Positions 37,455 to 48,461 of a stretch of DNA of 64,000 bases are shown one piece after another. The translations under genes and the position numbers were made by a program. Origin of the DNA: Mobula hypostoma (taxonomy: Eukaryota); assembly GCF_963921235.1 (NCBI RefSeq), contig NC_086100.1, forward strand, positions 198,712,001 to 198,776,000, written 5' to 3'. Every line of letters starts with the position of its first letter. Position 1 is the stretch's first letter. Below the pieces are notes generated by a model. The model worked only from the letters and a program-made list of their open reading frames with translations. It was not told the origin of the DNA and did not search any database.

Positions 37455-38060
37455 AAACGCTTCTGTAAATCTGTCAGGGTTGTCTATTGTATCTAGTGGT
37501 CCCAGTGCAGCCTCTATATTAGTGAGACTTGACATTAAGTTGTAAGACCCTTTGTCAAACACCTCTGCTCCATCCACCAAAAGCGGAAATTCCCAGTGGC
37601 CAAACATGTTAATTCCTATCCCCATTCCCGTTCCAACATGTCCATGGCCTCCTCTTTTGCCATCATGAGGCCACTGTCAGAGTGGAGGAGCAACACCTCA
37701 TACTCCGTCTGGGTGGTCTCCAACCTGATGACATAATCATCAATTTCTCCTTCTGGTAATTTTTCCCCTCTTCTTCTATTCCTCACTCTGGTCTCTTACC
37801 TCTTCTCCTCACCTGCCAATCACATCCCATTGAGAACCCACCTCCTTCCCTTTGTCCCATGGTCCACTCTCCTCTCCTATCAGATTCCTTCTTCTCCATC
37901 CTACCCCCTTGGTTTCACCTTCTCTCTATCCTCCTTCCTCTCCCCTACCCGACCTTTTTATTCCGGCATCTTCCCTCTTCATTTCCAGTCCTGATGAAGG
38001 GTCTCGGCCCGAAACGTCAGCTGTTTATTCATTTCCAGTGTTTTGTGTGTGTGTGTTACT
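37455..38060 (+). mobile_element. Penelope-like element 3' fragment: GIY-YIG endonuclease remnant, 3' UTR and hammerhead terminus
   Basis: Translation CKSVRVVYCI*.SQCSLYISET...FVKHLCSI...FPVAKH.NS (GIY-YIG pattern with stops), then a pyrimidine-rich UTR and the hammerhead motif. Confidence 0.85.
37986..38023 (+). ncRNA. Minimal type I hammerhead ribozyme motif (core intact, stem I imperfect)
   Basis: CAGUC-CUGAUGA-A-GGGU(CUCG)GCCC-GAAA-CGUC/AGCUG has the conserved CUGANGA and GAAA boxes, stem II, self-complementary ACGU stem III and a GUC cleavage triplet. Confidence 0.75.
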
Positions 38061-38235
38061 TTAAACAATTTTGAATCTTAAAAAGCCTTTTTCACTGCCC
38101 TGTCTATTTGTGTTGCCAGTTTCAGGGAACCATTTATCTGTGCATCTAGGTGTCTCTGGTCTGCAACACTCCCCAGGGTGCTCTCGTTTACTGTGTGTCT
38201 TCTGCCACGTTTAACAACTCAACACTGAATGGGTC

Positions 38236-38500
38236 GGCACAGTAGTGTAGTGGTTAGCACAGCGATTTACAGTACCAGCGACCCAGGTTCAATTCCTGTC
38301 GCTGACTGTAAGGAGTTTGTACTTTCTCCCCGTGATGGTGTGGGTTTCCTCCGGGTGCTCCAGTTTCCTCCCACAGTCCAAAGACCTACCAGTTGATCAT
38401 TGTAAGTTGTCCGGTGGTTAGGCTAGCGTTAAATTGGGAGATTACTGGGCGATGCGGCTTGAAGGGCTGATTCCATGCTGTATCCCAATAAATAATAATA
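38236..38500 (+). mobile_element. V-SINE (HE1-like), near full length
   Basis: A box tagtgtagtgg, B box ggttcaattcc, V core gggtttcctccgggtgctccagtttcctcccacagtcc, (AAT)n tail. Confidence 0.85.
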
Positions 38501-39110
38501 AAAATACTACCATCAGAGAGGAGGCACGGGAACAGCTTCTTCCGCTCGGCCATCAGATTTATAAACAGTCCTTGAACTCATGAACAGTTCCTCTTTTGCA
38601 CTATTTTATTTTATTTTTTATCCTAATTTATATTCATTTTTTATGTATTACACTGTACAGCCCCTACAGAGAAAAACAAATTGGACAACATTTGTCAGTG
38701 ATAACTGCACAAAGACAGCATCCAGCTTTGGGGCTGAGCCCGGTCGAGGGCTTCACCCGGTTCCACGTTGTGGTTTTGAACTCATGAAGACTACGTCACT
38801 ATTTTGCTGTCTTTTGCCCAACAATGTTTTTTTTTCGATATTCCTTATTGTACTGGTATACTTTTTTAAATGTACTGCTGCAAAACAACAAATTCACGTC
38901 ATATGTCAGTGATATTAAACCCGATTATCAGCATCCAACGGGTTTACAGAGATGTCAGCCTGGGTTCCAGTTCCCACCCCCGCTACACAACACCACGGGT
39001 CCCCTCGGATAGACCAAAGGGGCTGAGCAGCCTGTGCGGTGTGCGGAGACGCGGGTCCTCGATTCCCGTGTATCCCGAGTGCGAGCCTGACGTCTCTTTC
39101 TGCTCCGCAG

Positions 39111-39211
39111 ACCCTAGAGAGGAGAATCCGGCGAACAGAAGCCCGGGGAATGGATCTGCACTACAGCCGGAGACCTGTGCGATTGCCCCCCTCACACCCA
39201 GAGTCTCACCG
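39111..39211 (+). CDS. HSPA12B: HSPA12B-like coding exon 2: (D)PREENPANRSPGNGSALQPETCAIAPLTPRVSP
   Basis: tttctgctccgcag|AC...CCG|gtaggt. ETCAIAPLTPRVSP resembles the HSPA12B N-terminal ESCGIAPLTPSQSP. Phase 1 to 0. Confidence 0.85.
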
Positions 39212-39422
39212 GTAGGTGGATCACAACCCCACACCCACAAACCACTACCCATACACTTCTCCCACCTACACACACTCCCCACTCGTCAACTTAGCCGGAC
39301 CTAGCCACCACACCACCACCCCCGCCCAACACACACACCCAGAGTCTCGCAGGTGGGTGGATCACTCCACTCCCCTAACTCCCCTCACTCCTCACTCCAT
39401 ATTCACATCCCCCCACTCCCCA

Positions 39423-39424
<2 letters not shown>

Positions 39425-39472
<48 letters not shown>

Positions 39473-39484
39473 ACACACACACAC
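39425..39484. repeat. (CA)n microsatellite
   Basis: Directly visible. Confidence 0.95.
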
Positions 39485-39547
39485 ATCCCTTACCGGCAGA
39501 CGGAGCACTTGTCTTCCCATGTCTTCTCCCCTCCCCACATACACACA

Positions 39548-39765
39548 CCATAAGACATAGGGGCAGAATTAGGCCATTCAGCCCATCGAATCTGCTCCGC
39601 CATTCCATCAGGGCTGATTTATTATCCTTCCCAACCCCATTTTACTGCCTTCTCCCTGTAACCTTTGACGCCCTGACGAATCAAGAACCCATCCTCCGCT
39701 TCAGGTATACTCAACGACCTGGCCTCCACAGCCATGGGTGGCAATGAATTCCACAGATTCACACC
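39548..39765 (-). mobile_element. CR1 3' tail
   Basis: accataagacatag...ggcctccacagcc...attccacagattcac. Confidence 0.7.
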
Positions 39766-39824
39766 CCTGCCACCCCGTTCCACACTCTGGTGAGTGAATC
39801 ACACTCCCCACTGCGGTGCTGACC

Positions 39825-40330
39825 CATTCTTCGTTGTCCTTGGTATCCAACAAAAACAGGAAACCTGTGCGGGAGAGTTTTTAAAGTAGAAAAGCCGTTG
39901 CTCTGGGGCAGTTTCACTCTCTCCACGTCAGAAATCCGGGTCCAGTGGTAGGAACAAGTGTCACAGACTGGGATCTTCCCTGGTTGCAGTGGACGGCCGT
40001 GATGTCTTCTATGCCTTGCCGAGCCCTTCGCTCTCCACGAAGCGTCACAGTACAATACCACCTTTTTGCCCGTGGATCTCACTGTTGATCTCATCTGCCC
40101 AGTCACACGCTGGGATAGGCTTGCCCCTATCTCACTGGGTATGCGGCCGCCGGCTAGATCACCTGGCTTAGCCCCGCCTGTCGAAGTGGTGGAACGGCGT
40201 GCGGCCGCTGTCACAGGCAAATAGCTAGTCGGAGCCAGAGGTGAGAGCTCAGTGTTCAGTGGGCACCAGAGATGAGTGATCCGCCCTGGAATGGACACGA
40301 CAAGCCCCTTCACCCAGAGGTGCTACCCCT
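39825..40330 (-). mobile_element. Second copy of the unclassified ~500-bp repeat (see 17055)
   Basis: Collinear inverse similarity to 17055-17575. Confidence 0.7.
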
Positions 40331-40559
40331 CACTGGACACCCCAAACATCCCACTGACCCCATTACCTCCCAGCAAACTGCCCCCCCCCACCACATACAC
40401 AACTCCGTGCACTCTCCTGATCTTCATGCACTCTAAACACCTCGTCTCCGCGCACTATCTCCCCCCACCCGCTCCTCATGTACTTCCCTTCCTCGCCCCA
40501 CCCCCACCGTCTCAGGTCTGAGCGCGTTTGGCCTGATCACGTCTCCATTTCCTTCTCAG

Positions 40560-40687
40560 TGCTCCCCCCGTCGGGACGCCCCGCCCTCTCAGTCTTTCCT
40601 CGCGGTGGTCGCGATTGATTTCGGGACCACCGCCAGCGGGTACGCGTACTGCCTGGTCCGGGAGCCGGGAGCCATTCATATGATGAG
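40560..40687 (+). CDS. HSPA12B: HSPA12B-like coding exon 3: CSPRRDAPPSQSFLAVVAIDFGTTASGYAYCLVREPGAIHMM(R)
   Basis: ttccttctcag|TGC...ATGAG|gtatgt. Hsp70 phosphate-1 motif VAIDFGTT and HSPA12-specific IHMMR. Phase 0 to 2. Confidence 0.93.
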
Positions 40688-41004
40688 GTATGTGGAAGAG
40701 GGAGTGCGGGCGAGGGGTGGGGGGAGTGGTGACAGGGAGGGGGCTCAGGAGACACATACCGGGTGCGGAGCGTTGGGGAGAAATGCTCCAGCGAGGGAAG
40801 TGAAGCACGGAGACAGAGTGTGTCAGTGACCCCACTCGGCCCCTCGGTGAGGGGTCCAATCTTTGCCTAGTCCGTGATCCCCCCACCGCTGGCATCCAGC
40901 CATTGTAGTTCCCATTCCCCACTCCCACACCGACCCGTCTCTCCTCAACCTCCTCCGCGGACAGGGTGAGGCTTGCTGTGACTGGCGAAGCCACAAGGAG
41001 CGAT

Positions 41005-41262
41005 GCGCTAACTAGCGCTCGGCAGAACCAGGGTCAATTCCACCGCTGTCGGTATGGGGTTTGACGATCTTCCCGTGTCCAAATGGGTTTCTTCTGGGTG
41101 CCCCGGTTTCCTCCCACATCTCAAAGGCGTTAGTAAGCAGAGTTGATACCTGAACCATGGCAACACCCGACAGCTGCCCCAGCACATCCTCACGGATTTG
41201 CTTGAACACAAAAGACACATTGTGTTTCAATGAGCATGCGACAAGTAAAGCTATTTTTTTCT
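41005..41262 (+). mobile_element. V-SINE copy
   Basis: V core gggtttcttctgggtgccccggtttcctcccaca. 3' end ...gacaagtaaagcta as in the 1345 copy. Confidence 0.7.
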
Positions 41263-41299
41263 TTAATCTTTATCATTAAAATTGAGCCACATGGATGAG

Positions 41300-42980
41300 A
41301 AACATAGAACATAGAAATCTACAGCACATTACAGGCCCTTCGGCCCACAATGTTGTGCCAACCATGTAACCTACTCTAGAAACAGCCTAGAATTTCCCTA
41401 CAGCATAGCCCCCTATTTTTCTAAGCTCTATGTACCTATCTAAGAGGCTCTTAAAAGACTCTTTTGTATCTGCTTCTACCACCGTCACTGGCAGTGCATT
41501 CCATGCATCGACCTCTCTCTGTGTGGAAAAACTTACCTCTGACATCCCCCTTGTACCTATTTCCAAGCACCTTAAGACTATGCCTCTTCATGTTAGACAT
41601 TTCAGCCCTGGGAAAAAGCCTCTGACTATCCACACGATCAATGCCTCTCATCATCTTATACATCTCTATCCAGGTCACCTCTCATTCTCCTGTCGCTCCA
41701 AGGAGAAAAGGCCGAGTTCACTCAACCTATTCTCTTAAGGCATGCTCCCCAATCCAGGCAACATCCTTGTAAATCTCCTCTGCACCCTTTCTATGGTTTC
41801 CACATCCTTCCTGTAGTGAGGTGACCAGAACTGAACACAGTACTCCAAGTGGTTTGACCAGGGTTCTATATAGCTGCACCATTACCTCTCAGCTTCCAAA
41901 CTCAATTCCATGATTGATGAAGGCCAATGCACCATATGCCTTCTTAACCACAGAGTCAACCTGCATAGCAGATTTGAGTGTCCTTTGGACTCGGACCCCA
42001 AGATCCCTCTGAACCTCCACACTGCAAAGAGTCTTACCATTAATACTATATTCTGTCATCATATTTGACCTACCAAAATGAACCTCCTCACACTTATCTG
42101 GGTTGAACTCCATCTGCCACTTCTCAGCCCAGTTTTGCATCCTATCAATGTCCCATTGTAACCTCTGACAGCCCTCCACACTATCCACAACACCCCCAAC
42201 CTTTATGTCATCAGCAAATTTACTAACCCATCCCTCCATTTCCTCATCCAGGTCATTTTTAAAAAGCACAAAGAGTAGGGGTCCCAGAACAGATCCCTGA
42301 GGCACACCACTGGTCACCAACCTCCATGCAGAATATGACCCATCTACAACCACTCTTTGCTTTCTGTGGACAAGCCAGTTCTGGATCCACAAAGCAATGT
42401 CCCCTTGGATCCCATGCCTCCTTACTTTCTCAATAAGCCTTGCATGGAGTACCTTGTCAAGTGCCTTGCTGAAATCCATATATACTACATCTATGGCTCT
42501 ACCTTCATCAATGTGTTTAGTCACATCCTCAAAAAATTCAATCAGGCTCATAAAGCACGACCTATCTTTGTCAAAGCCATGCTGACTATTCCTAATCATA
42601 TTATCCCTCTCCAAATGTTCATAAGTCCTGCTTCTCAGGATCTTCTCCATCAACTTACCAACCACTGAAGTAAGACTCACTGGTCTATAATTTCCTGGGC
42701 TATCTCTATTCCCTTTTTGGAATAAAGGAACAATATCCGCAATCATCCAGTCCTCTGGAACCTCTCCCATCCCCATTGATGATGTAAAGATCATTGCCAG
42801 AGGCTCAGCAATTTTCTCCCTCACCTCCCACAGTAGCCTGGGGTAGATTCCCTCCAGTCCCAGTGACTTATCCAACTTGATGCTTTCCAAAAGCTCCAGC
42901 ACATCCTCTTTCTTAATATCTACATGCTCAAGCTTTTCAGTCCACTGAAAGTCATCCCCACAATCGCCAAGATCCTTTTC
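41300..42980 (-). mobile_element. CR1 LINE, 5'-truncated (337-aa RT ORF 41889-42902)
   Basis: NYRPVSLTSV, QHGF, DFSKA.DKV.H, GVPQGSVLGP, KFADD and a (TTCTATG)n tail at 41300. Confidence 0.93.
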
Positions 42981-42999
42981 TTACCTAACCAGAAGGTAA

Positions 43000-43600
43000 A
43001 GTTCAAAGTAAACTTATTCTTATTAAAATATATATATGTCACCATATGCAACCCCGAGATTCATTTTCTTGCGGGCTTACACGATGATCAAGAAACACAG
43101 TAGAACCAATGAAAGACAATACCCAAAAGGGTGGACAAATAACCAACGTGCAAAAGACATCAAACTGTGCAAGTATAAAAGAAAAAAAAATAGTAAATCT
43201 GAAATAAATATCAAGAACATGAGATAAAGAGTCCTTGAAAGAGAGTCCATAGATGTGGAAATAGTTCATTGACGGGGTGAGTGAAGTTATCCCCTCTGGT
43301 TCAAGAGCCTGATGGTTAAGGGGTAATAACTGTTCCTGAATCTGGTGCTGTAGGACCTAAGCCTCCTGTACCTTTCTCACGATGACCCTCTCAGCAATCC
43401 TCACAATCCTTCGTCGGGACTTGGGGTCAGATGCCTGGCAGTTCCCCTGTCTGTGGGTGATGCAGCTGGCCAGGACACGTTCAATAGTGCTCCTGCAAAA
43501 ATTGGTCAGAATGGAAGTTGGGGAGAGGGGGTATCCTCACTCACCTCAGTCTCCTCGGAAAGTGGAAATACTGTTGAGCTTTTTTGACCAAAGAAACCAT
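43000..43600 (-). mobile_element. Rex1/Babar-type 3' region (degenerate)
   Basis: aaagttcaaagtaaacttatt terminus and ttcaagagcctgatggtt...ctgttcctgaatctggtg...ctcctgtacc segment, as in the other Rex1 tails. Confidence 0.55.
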
Positions 43601-43914
43601 TTCCAATAAATCATCACCTATTAATTCCACTTGGCCAGATAAGGACCATATCCCTCACTGGTTTTAATGTCAGTCTAAGTGCTTTTAATCAGGGTAACTC
43701 TGTCTGATTCCACCTCCTCCTCTGGCCTCGCGTTCCAGATATCACTCTCAGGGAGAATGGATTCGAGAGGTAAACTGCCTTCACCCCCTCCTCGCAGTTG
43801 AAAGCTCCTTTCTCTGAGGTGGCTCGGGGTCCATTGGGTCAGCAGGGAGAAAGGTGATGGACAGAGTGGCAGGAACCCCAGTCCCTAGGATACTGATTGA
43901 TGTCTTGTTACTAG

Positions 43915-44101
43915 GCGATGGGAAGGTGGCGACCCAGGGGTGGCCAACCAGAAGAGCCCGACCTGCCTGCTGCTCACCCCTGAGGGCAGTTTCCACAGCG
44001 TGGGTTACACCGCCCGGGATTTCTACCACAGCCTGAACCCCGGGGAGGCCTCGGAGTGGCTTTACTTCGATAAGTTCAAGATGAAGATCCACACCTCATC
44101 G
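43915..44101 (+). CDS. HSPA12B: HSPA12B-like coding exon 4: [62 protein letters not shown]
   Basis: ttgttactag|G...TCG|gtaagt, 187 nt. [19 protein letters not shown] and WLYF.KFKMKIH are HSPA12 hallmarks (B-type TCLLL, YTARD). Confidence 0.97.
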
Positions 44102-44194
44102 GTAAGTGGAAGAACCCGTCAAAGTCCCCGCACCACTCCCCGCCCCCACAGGTTCATTGACCTCACACCAGACTGCACTGGTCAATGGGAGGGA

Positions 44195-44665
44195 GGGACA
44201 GTGTGGAGGGATTTTCACTCTAAGTCTGACCCCAGGAGGGTGTAACGGGACAGTGTAGCGGGAGCTTCACTCTGTGTCTGACCTCAGCAGTGTGTGATGG
44301 GACGGTGTGGTGGGAGCTTCATTCTATATCTGACCCCAGGAGGGTATAGTGGGACATTGTGGAGGGAGCTTCACTCTGTGTCTGACCCCGGCAGTGGGTA
44401 ATGGGACATTGTAGAGGGAGCTTCATCTGTGTCTCACTCTGGAAGTGTGTAATGGGACAGTGTGGAGCGAGCTTCACTCTGTGTCTGACCCTGCGAGTGT
44501 GTGATGGGACAGTGTGGAGAGTGTTTCACTCTGTGTCTGACCCTGGGGGTGTGTGATGGGACAGTGTAGAGGGAGCTTCACTCTGTGTCTGACCCTGGGA
44601 GTGTGTGAAGGGACAGTGTGGAGGGAGCTTCACTCTGCATGTGACCTCGAGGGTGTGTGATGGGT
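44195..44665. repeat. 52-bp minisatellite, ~9 units (gggacagtgtggagggagcttcactctgtgtctgaccccgggagtgtgtgat), filling most of an HSPA12B intron
   Basis: Direct tandem units between exons 43915-44101 and 44721-44825. Confidence 0.93.
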
Positions 44666-44720
44666 CAGGACTGGCAAGGTTTTCAGTAACCCATGGTGCT
44701 GATTGTGTTCGGTGTCTCAG

Positions 44721-44825
44721 GACCTTACCTTGGAGACAGAGCTGGAGGCTGTAAACGGCAAGACGATGAAAGCTCTACACGTGTTTGCTCACGCACTGAG
44801 ATTTTTCCGGATTCGGGCCCTGAAG
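44721..44825 (+). CDS. HSPA12B: HSPA12B-like coding exon 5: [35 protein letters not shown]
   Basis: gtgtctcag|GAC...AAG|gtaagg, 105 nt, phase 0/0. Matches HSPA12[26 protein letters not shown]. Missed by the ORF track. Confidence 0.96.
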
Positions 44826-44837
44826 GTAAGGCAGCCA

Positions 44838-45020
44838 CTGGAGGAGCTCAGCAGGTCAGGAGGGAGATGAACAGTTGATGTATTGGGCCAAGATCAGGAC
44901 TTGGCTTGAAATGCCGACTGGTTATTCCCCTCCATATCTGCTGCCTGAGCTGCTGAGTTCCTCCAGCATTTTGTGTGTGTTACTCACGATTTCCAGCATC
45001 TGCAGAATCTCGTGTATTTT
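44838..45020. mobile_element. Degenerate fold-back Penelope-type termini just after an exon
   Basis: ctggaggagctcagcagg is mirrored by ctgctgagttcctccag, with a central tgaaatgccgactg remnant. Confidence 0.6.
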
Positions 45021-45399
45021 TGAGTGTTCTGTCCGGTTTTGGTAAAGTGTGGTTAAGCTGGGCGTGGAAAGAGGGCGATAAACATTTACCGGGACATTGC
45101 CAGGACTCGAGTTCCAGGGAGTGGTTGGGACTTTTTTCTTTGGAGCGTAGAAGAGGGGCAACCTTACTGAGGTATTGAAACCATGAGGGGCATTGGTAGG
45201 GCAAGTGAACACATTCTTTTCCCCAGGGTTGTGGCCGAAAAGGAAGAGTGCAGAAGCCAGAACGAAAGGGAAGTGGTGAGAGGTATTCCCCAAAGGTCAG
45301 ACATTCTTTAGGGTGGGGGGGACGATATCCCACCCTGGGGAGGGTCGTCTCACTGCTCCTGCTCCTGAGCAGTGTTTGTGGGGGTGGGGGGAGTAAAAT

Positions 45400-46450
45400 T
45401 AGTGCAGGACGTGGGACAGCGCTGGAGCAAGAAACCAGGGTCTGCAAATGTGCGGGAAACACCAAGACCGTGGGTGTGGTGGACAGCAAGGAAGGTTATC
45501 AAAGCTTGCAGTGAGATCTGGAGTAGATGGAGTTTAAGACCACAAGACATGCTGTAGGGACGGTCTGGCCATTGAGTCTGCTCCAACATTCCATCGTTGC
45601 TGATCATTATCCAGTTCAACCCCATTCTCCTTCTCTCCCCATAACCTTTGAAGCCCTGACAAATCAAGAACCTATCAACCTATTTAGATATACCAAATGA
45701 CTTGGCCTCCACAGCCACCTGTGGCCATGAGTTCCACAGATCCACTACCCTCTGGTTAAAGAAATTCCTCCTCATAAATTTCATGCTGCCAAGTGTAAGG
45801 GGGGACACTTTGAGAGGACAAACCAGAGTGGGACTTGATGAGCAATAGGACACTGAGGAGTGTGGTAGAATAGAGGGATCTGGGAATACTGGTCCATAAT
45901 TCCTTGAAAATAGCGTCACAGGTAGATAGGGTCGTAAAGAAAGCTTTTGGCAGATTGGCCTTCATAAATCAAAGTTTTGATTTATGAAGACAGTTGGAAT
46001 GTTATGTTAAAGTTGTTTAAAACTTTGGTGTGGCTGAATTTGGAGTATTGTGTGCATTTCTGGTCTCCTGTGTACAGGAGAGTTATCCGTTAGATTGAAA
46101 GAGTACAGAGAAAATCTACAAGGATGTTGTCGGGACTTGAGGACCTGAGTTACGAGGAGAGGTTTTAATTCCATCGAGTGGATGAGATCAAGGGGAGATC
46201 TGATCGAGGTACACAAAATTCTGAGGGGAATAGATAGCTAAATGCAAGCAGGCTTTACCCACTGAGTTTGTGACTAAGCGAGAGATCATGGGTCAAGGGT
46301 GAAAGGTGAAATATTTAAGGGGAACGAGGAGGAATTTCTTCACTCAGAGGGTGGTGAGAGTGTGGAACAAGCTGCCAGTGGAAGTGGTGGATGTGGCGTC
46401 AATTACAATATTTACGAGAAGTTTGAGTAAGTACATCGATGGGAGGATGT
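45400..46450 (+). mobile_element. Degenerate CR1 with a nested antisense CR1 tail (~45535-45780)
   Basis: VGVVDS.EGYQSLQ and NFFTQRVVRVWNKLP, with an inverse tail inside. Confidence 0.7.
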
Positions 46451-47340
46451 GGTCCAGGGTAAGGGAGTGGGGGAGAGGGGAGTCTGTGGTCCAGGGTGTG
46501 GGAGAGGAGAGTCTGTGGTCCAGGGTGTGGGAGGGGGGAGTCTGAGGTCCAGGGTGTGGGAGAGGAGAGTTTGTGGTCCAGGGTGTGGGAGGGGAGAGTC
46601 TGTGATCCAGGGTCGGGGAGAGGAGAGTCTGTGGTCCAGGGTGTGGGAGAGGGGAGTCTGTAGTTCAGGGTGTGGGAGAAGGGAGTCTGTGATCCAGGGT
46701 CGGGGAGAGGAGAGTTTGTGGTCCAGGGTGTGGGAGGGGAGAGTCTGTGATCCAGGGTCAGGGAGAGGAGAGTCTGTGATTCAGAGTGTGGGAGGGGGGA
46801 GTCTGCGGTCCAGGGTTGGGTAGGGGTGAGGGAAAGGGGTGTCTGTGGTTGAGTGTGGTGGTTTGGAGGGGTATCTGTGATCCAGAGTGATCTGGGGGTG
46901 CGGGAGAGGGGTGTCTGTAATCCAGGGTGGGGGAGAGGGGAGTCTGTGGTCCAGGGTGTGGGAGAAGGGTGGCTGTAATCCAGGGTGGGGGAGAGGGGAG
47001 TCTGTGGTCCAGGATGTGGGAGAGGGGTGACTGTAATCCAGGGTGGGGTGGAGGTGAGGGAGAGGGGTCGCTGTGGTCAAGGGTGGGAAGTTTGGGGAAG
47101 TGGGGTATCTGTGGTCCAGGGTGGGGTTGGGGTGAGGGAGAGGGATATCTGTGGTCAAGGGTGGGGTTTTGGAGAGGTATCTGTGATCCAGGGTGATTTG
47201 GGGGTGAGGGAGAGGGGAGGCTGTGGTCAAGGTGGAAAGTTTGGGGAAGGGGGGGGTGTCTGTGGTCCAGGTGGGGTGGGTTGAGGGAGAGGGGTGGCTT
47301 TGGTCGAGTGTGGGGGTTTGGAGGGGTGTCTGTGGTCCGG
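46445..47340. repeat. G-rich ~29-bp minisatellite (gtctgtggtccagggtgtgggagagggga), degenerating rightwards
   Basis: Direct tandem units ending ~60 bp before the exon at 47402. Confidence 0.9.
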
Positions 47341-47401
47341 TGTTGTGTCTGAAGCCACAGCCCGTGGCTCTGCTGATATGCCTGGTGTCTGTCCGTTGCA
47401 G

Positions 47402-47518
47402 GAGCTGGCTGAGCACTTGTGCCGAGAGCCGGAGGAGGGAGAAGTCCGCTGGGTGGTCACTGTACCGGCCATCTGGAAGCAGCCGGCCAGACAGTTCATG
47501 AGGGAAGCTGCCTACTTG
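47402..47518 (+). CDS. HSPA12B: HSPA12B-like coding exon 6: [39 protein letters not shown]
   Basis: ccgttgcag|GAG...TTG|gtgagc, 117 nt. [23 protein letters not shown] motif. Confidence 0.97.
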
Positions 47519-47599
47519 GTGAGCAGGCCCATCGGTGACTGGGACCCAGCCTCACCCCGTGACAGGGACACCATGAGGCATCGGTAACTGGGACAGCAA

Positions 47600-48230
47600 C
47601 ACAGTACAGGCTCTACGGCCCACAATGTTCTGCTGACCCTTTAACCTACTCTGAGATCAACCTAACACTTCCCTCACACATAACCCTCTGTTTTTCGATC
47701 ATCCATGTGCCTATCTAAGAGTTTTTTTAAATATCCCTAATGTATCTGCCTCTACCACCACCCCTGACAGCACATTCCACACACCCAACACTCACTGTGT
47801 AAAGAAACTACCTCTGACATCCCTCCTATACTTTCCTCTGAACACACAAAAATTATGGCCCCTCGTATTATCCACTTCCGCCCTGGGACTATGTCTCTGA
47901 CTGTCCACTCGATCTACACCTCTTATCATCTTGTACACCTCTATCCAGTCACCTCTCATCCTCCTTCGTTCCAAAGAGAAAAGCCCTAGCTTGCTCCACC
48001 TCTCCTCATAATCCAGGCAGCATCCTGGTAAATCTCCTCTGCACCTTCTCCAAAGCTTCCTCATCCTTCCTATAGTGAGGCGACCAGAACTGAACACTAT
48101 ACTCCAAGTGCGGTCTAACCAGCTTTTTCTAGAGCTACAACCTTACTGTGCCTCATGGCTTTTGAACTCAATCCCTCACTAATGAAGGCCAACACTCCAA
48201 AACACCTTCTTAATCACCCTATCAACCTGA
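47600..48230 (-). mobile_element. CR1 3' fragment
   Basis: Minus-strand LGLFSLERRRMRGD.IEVYK...TRGH.F...FFTQ. Confidence 0.85.
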
Positions 48231-48461
48231 GGGAGGGGGATGGGAGAGGAGGGATTCCTACAGTGGTGGAGGTTGAGGGGGGACGTGATAGATGTTGGAA
48301 GTTCAGTGTAAAGTTATCGAGTACATACATGTTACCATGTACAGCCTCGACTCTCACCTTTTGCAGGCCTTTTCAGGAAAAAGGATAAACGATAAATTAT
48401 ATATAAAACTATACATAAGTAGTCAAACAACCAAATTGCAAAAGCAGTAAGATTATGAGAG

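Noticed and set aside
40605..40829. Bacterial DnaK or horizontally acquired Hsp70 ORF
   Set aside because: The IDFGTT motif belongs to a spliced HSPA12-type exon, and similarity stops at the GT donor at 40688.
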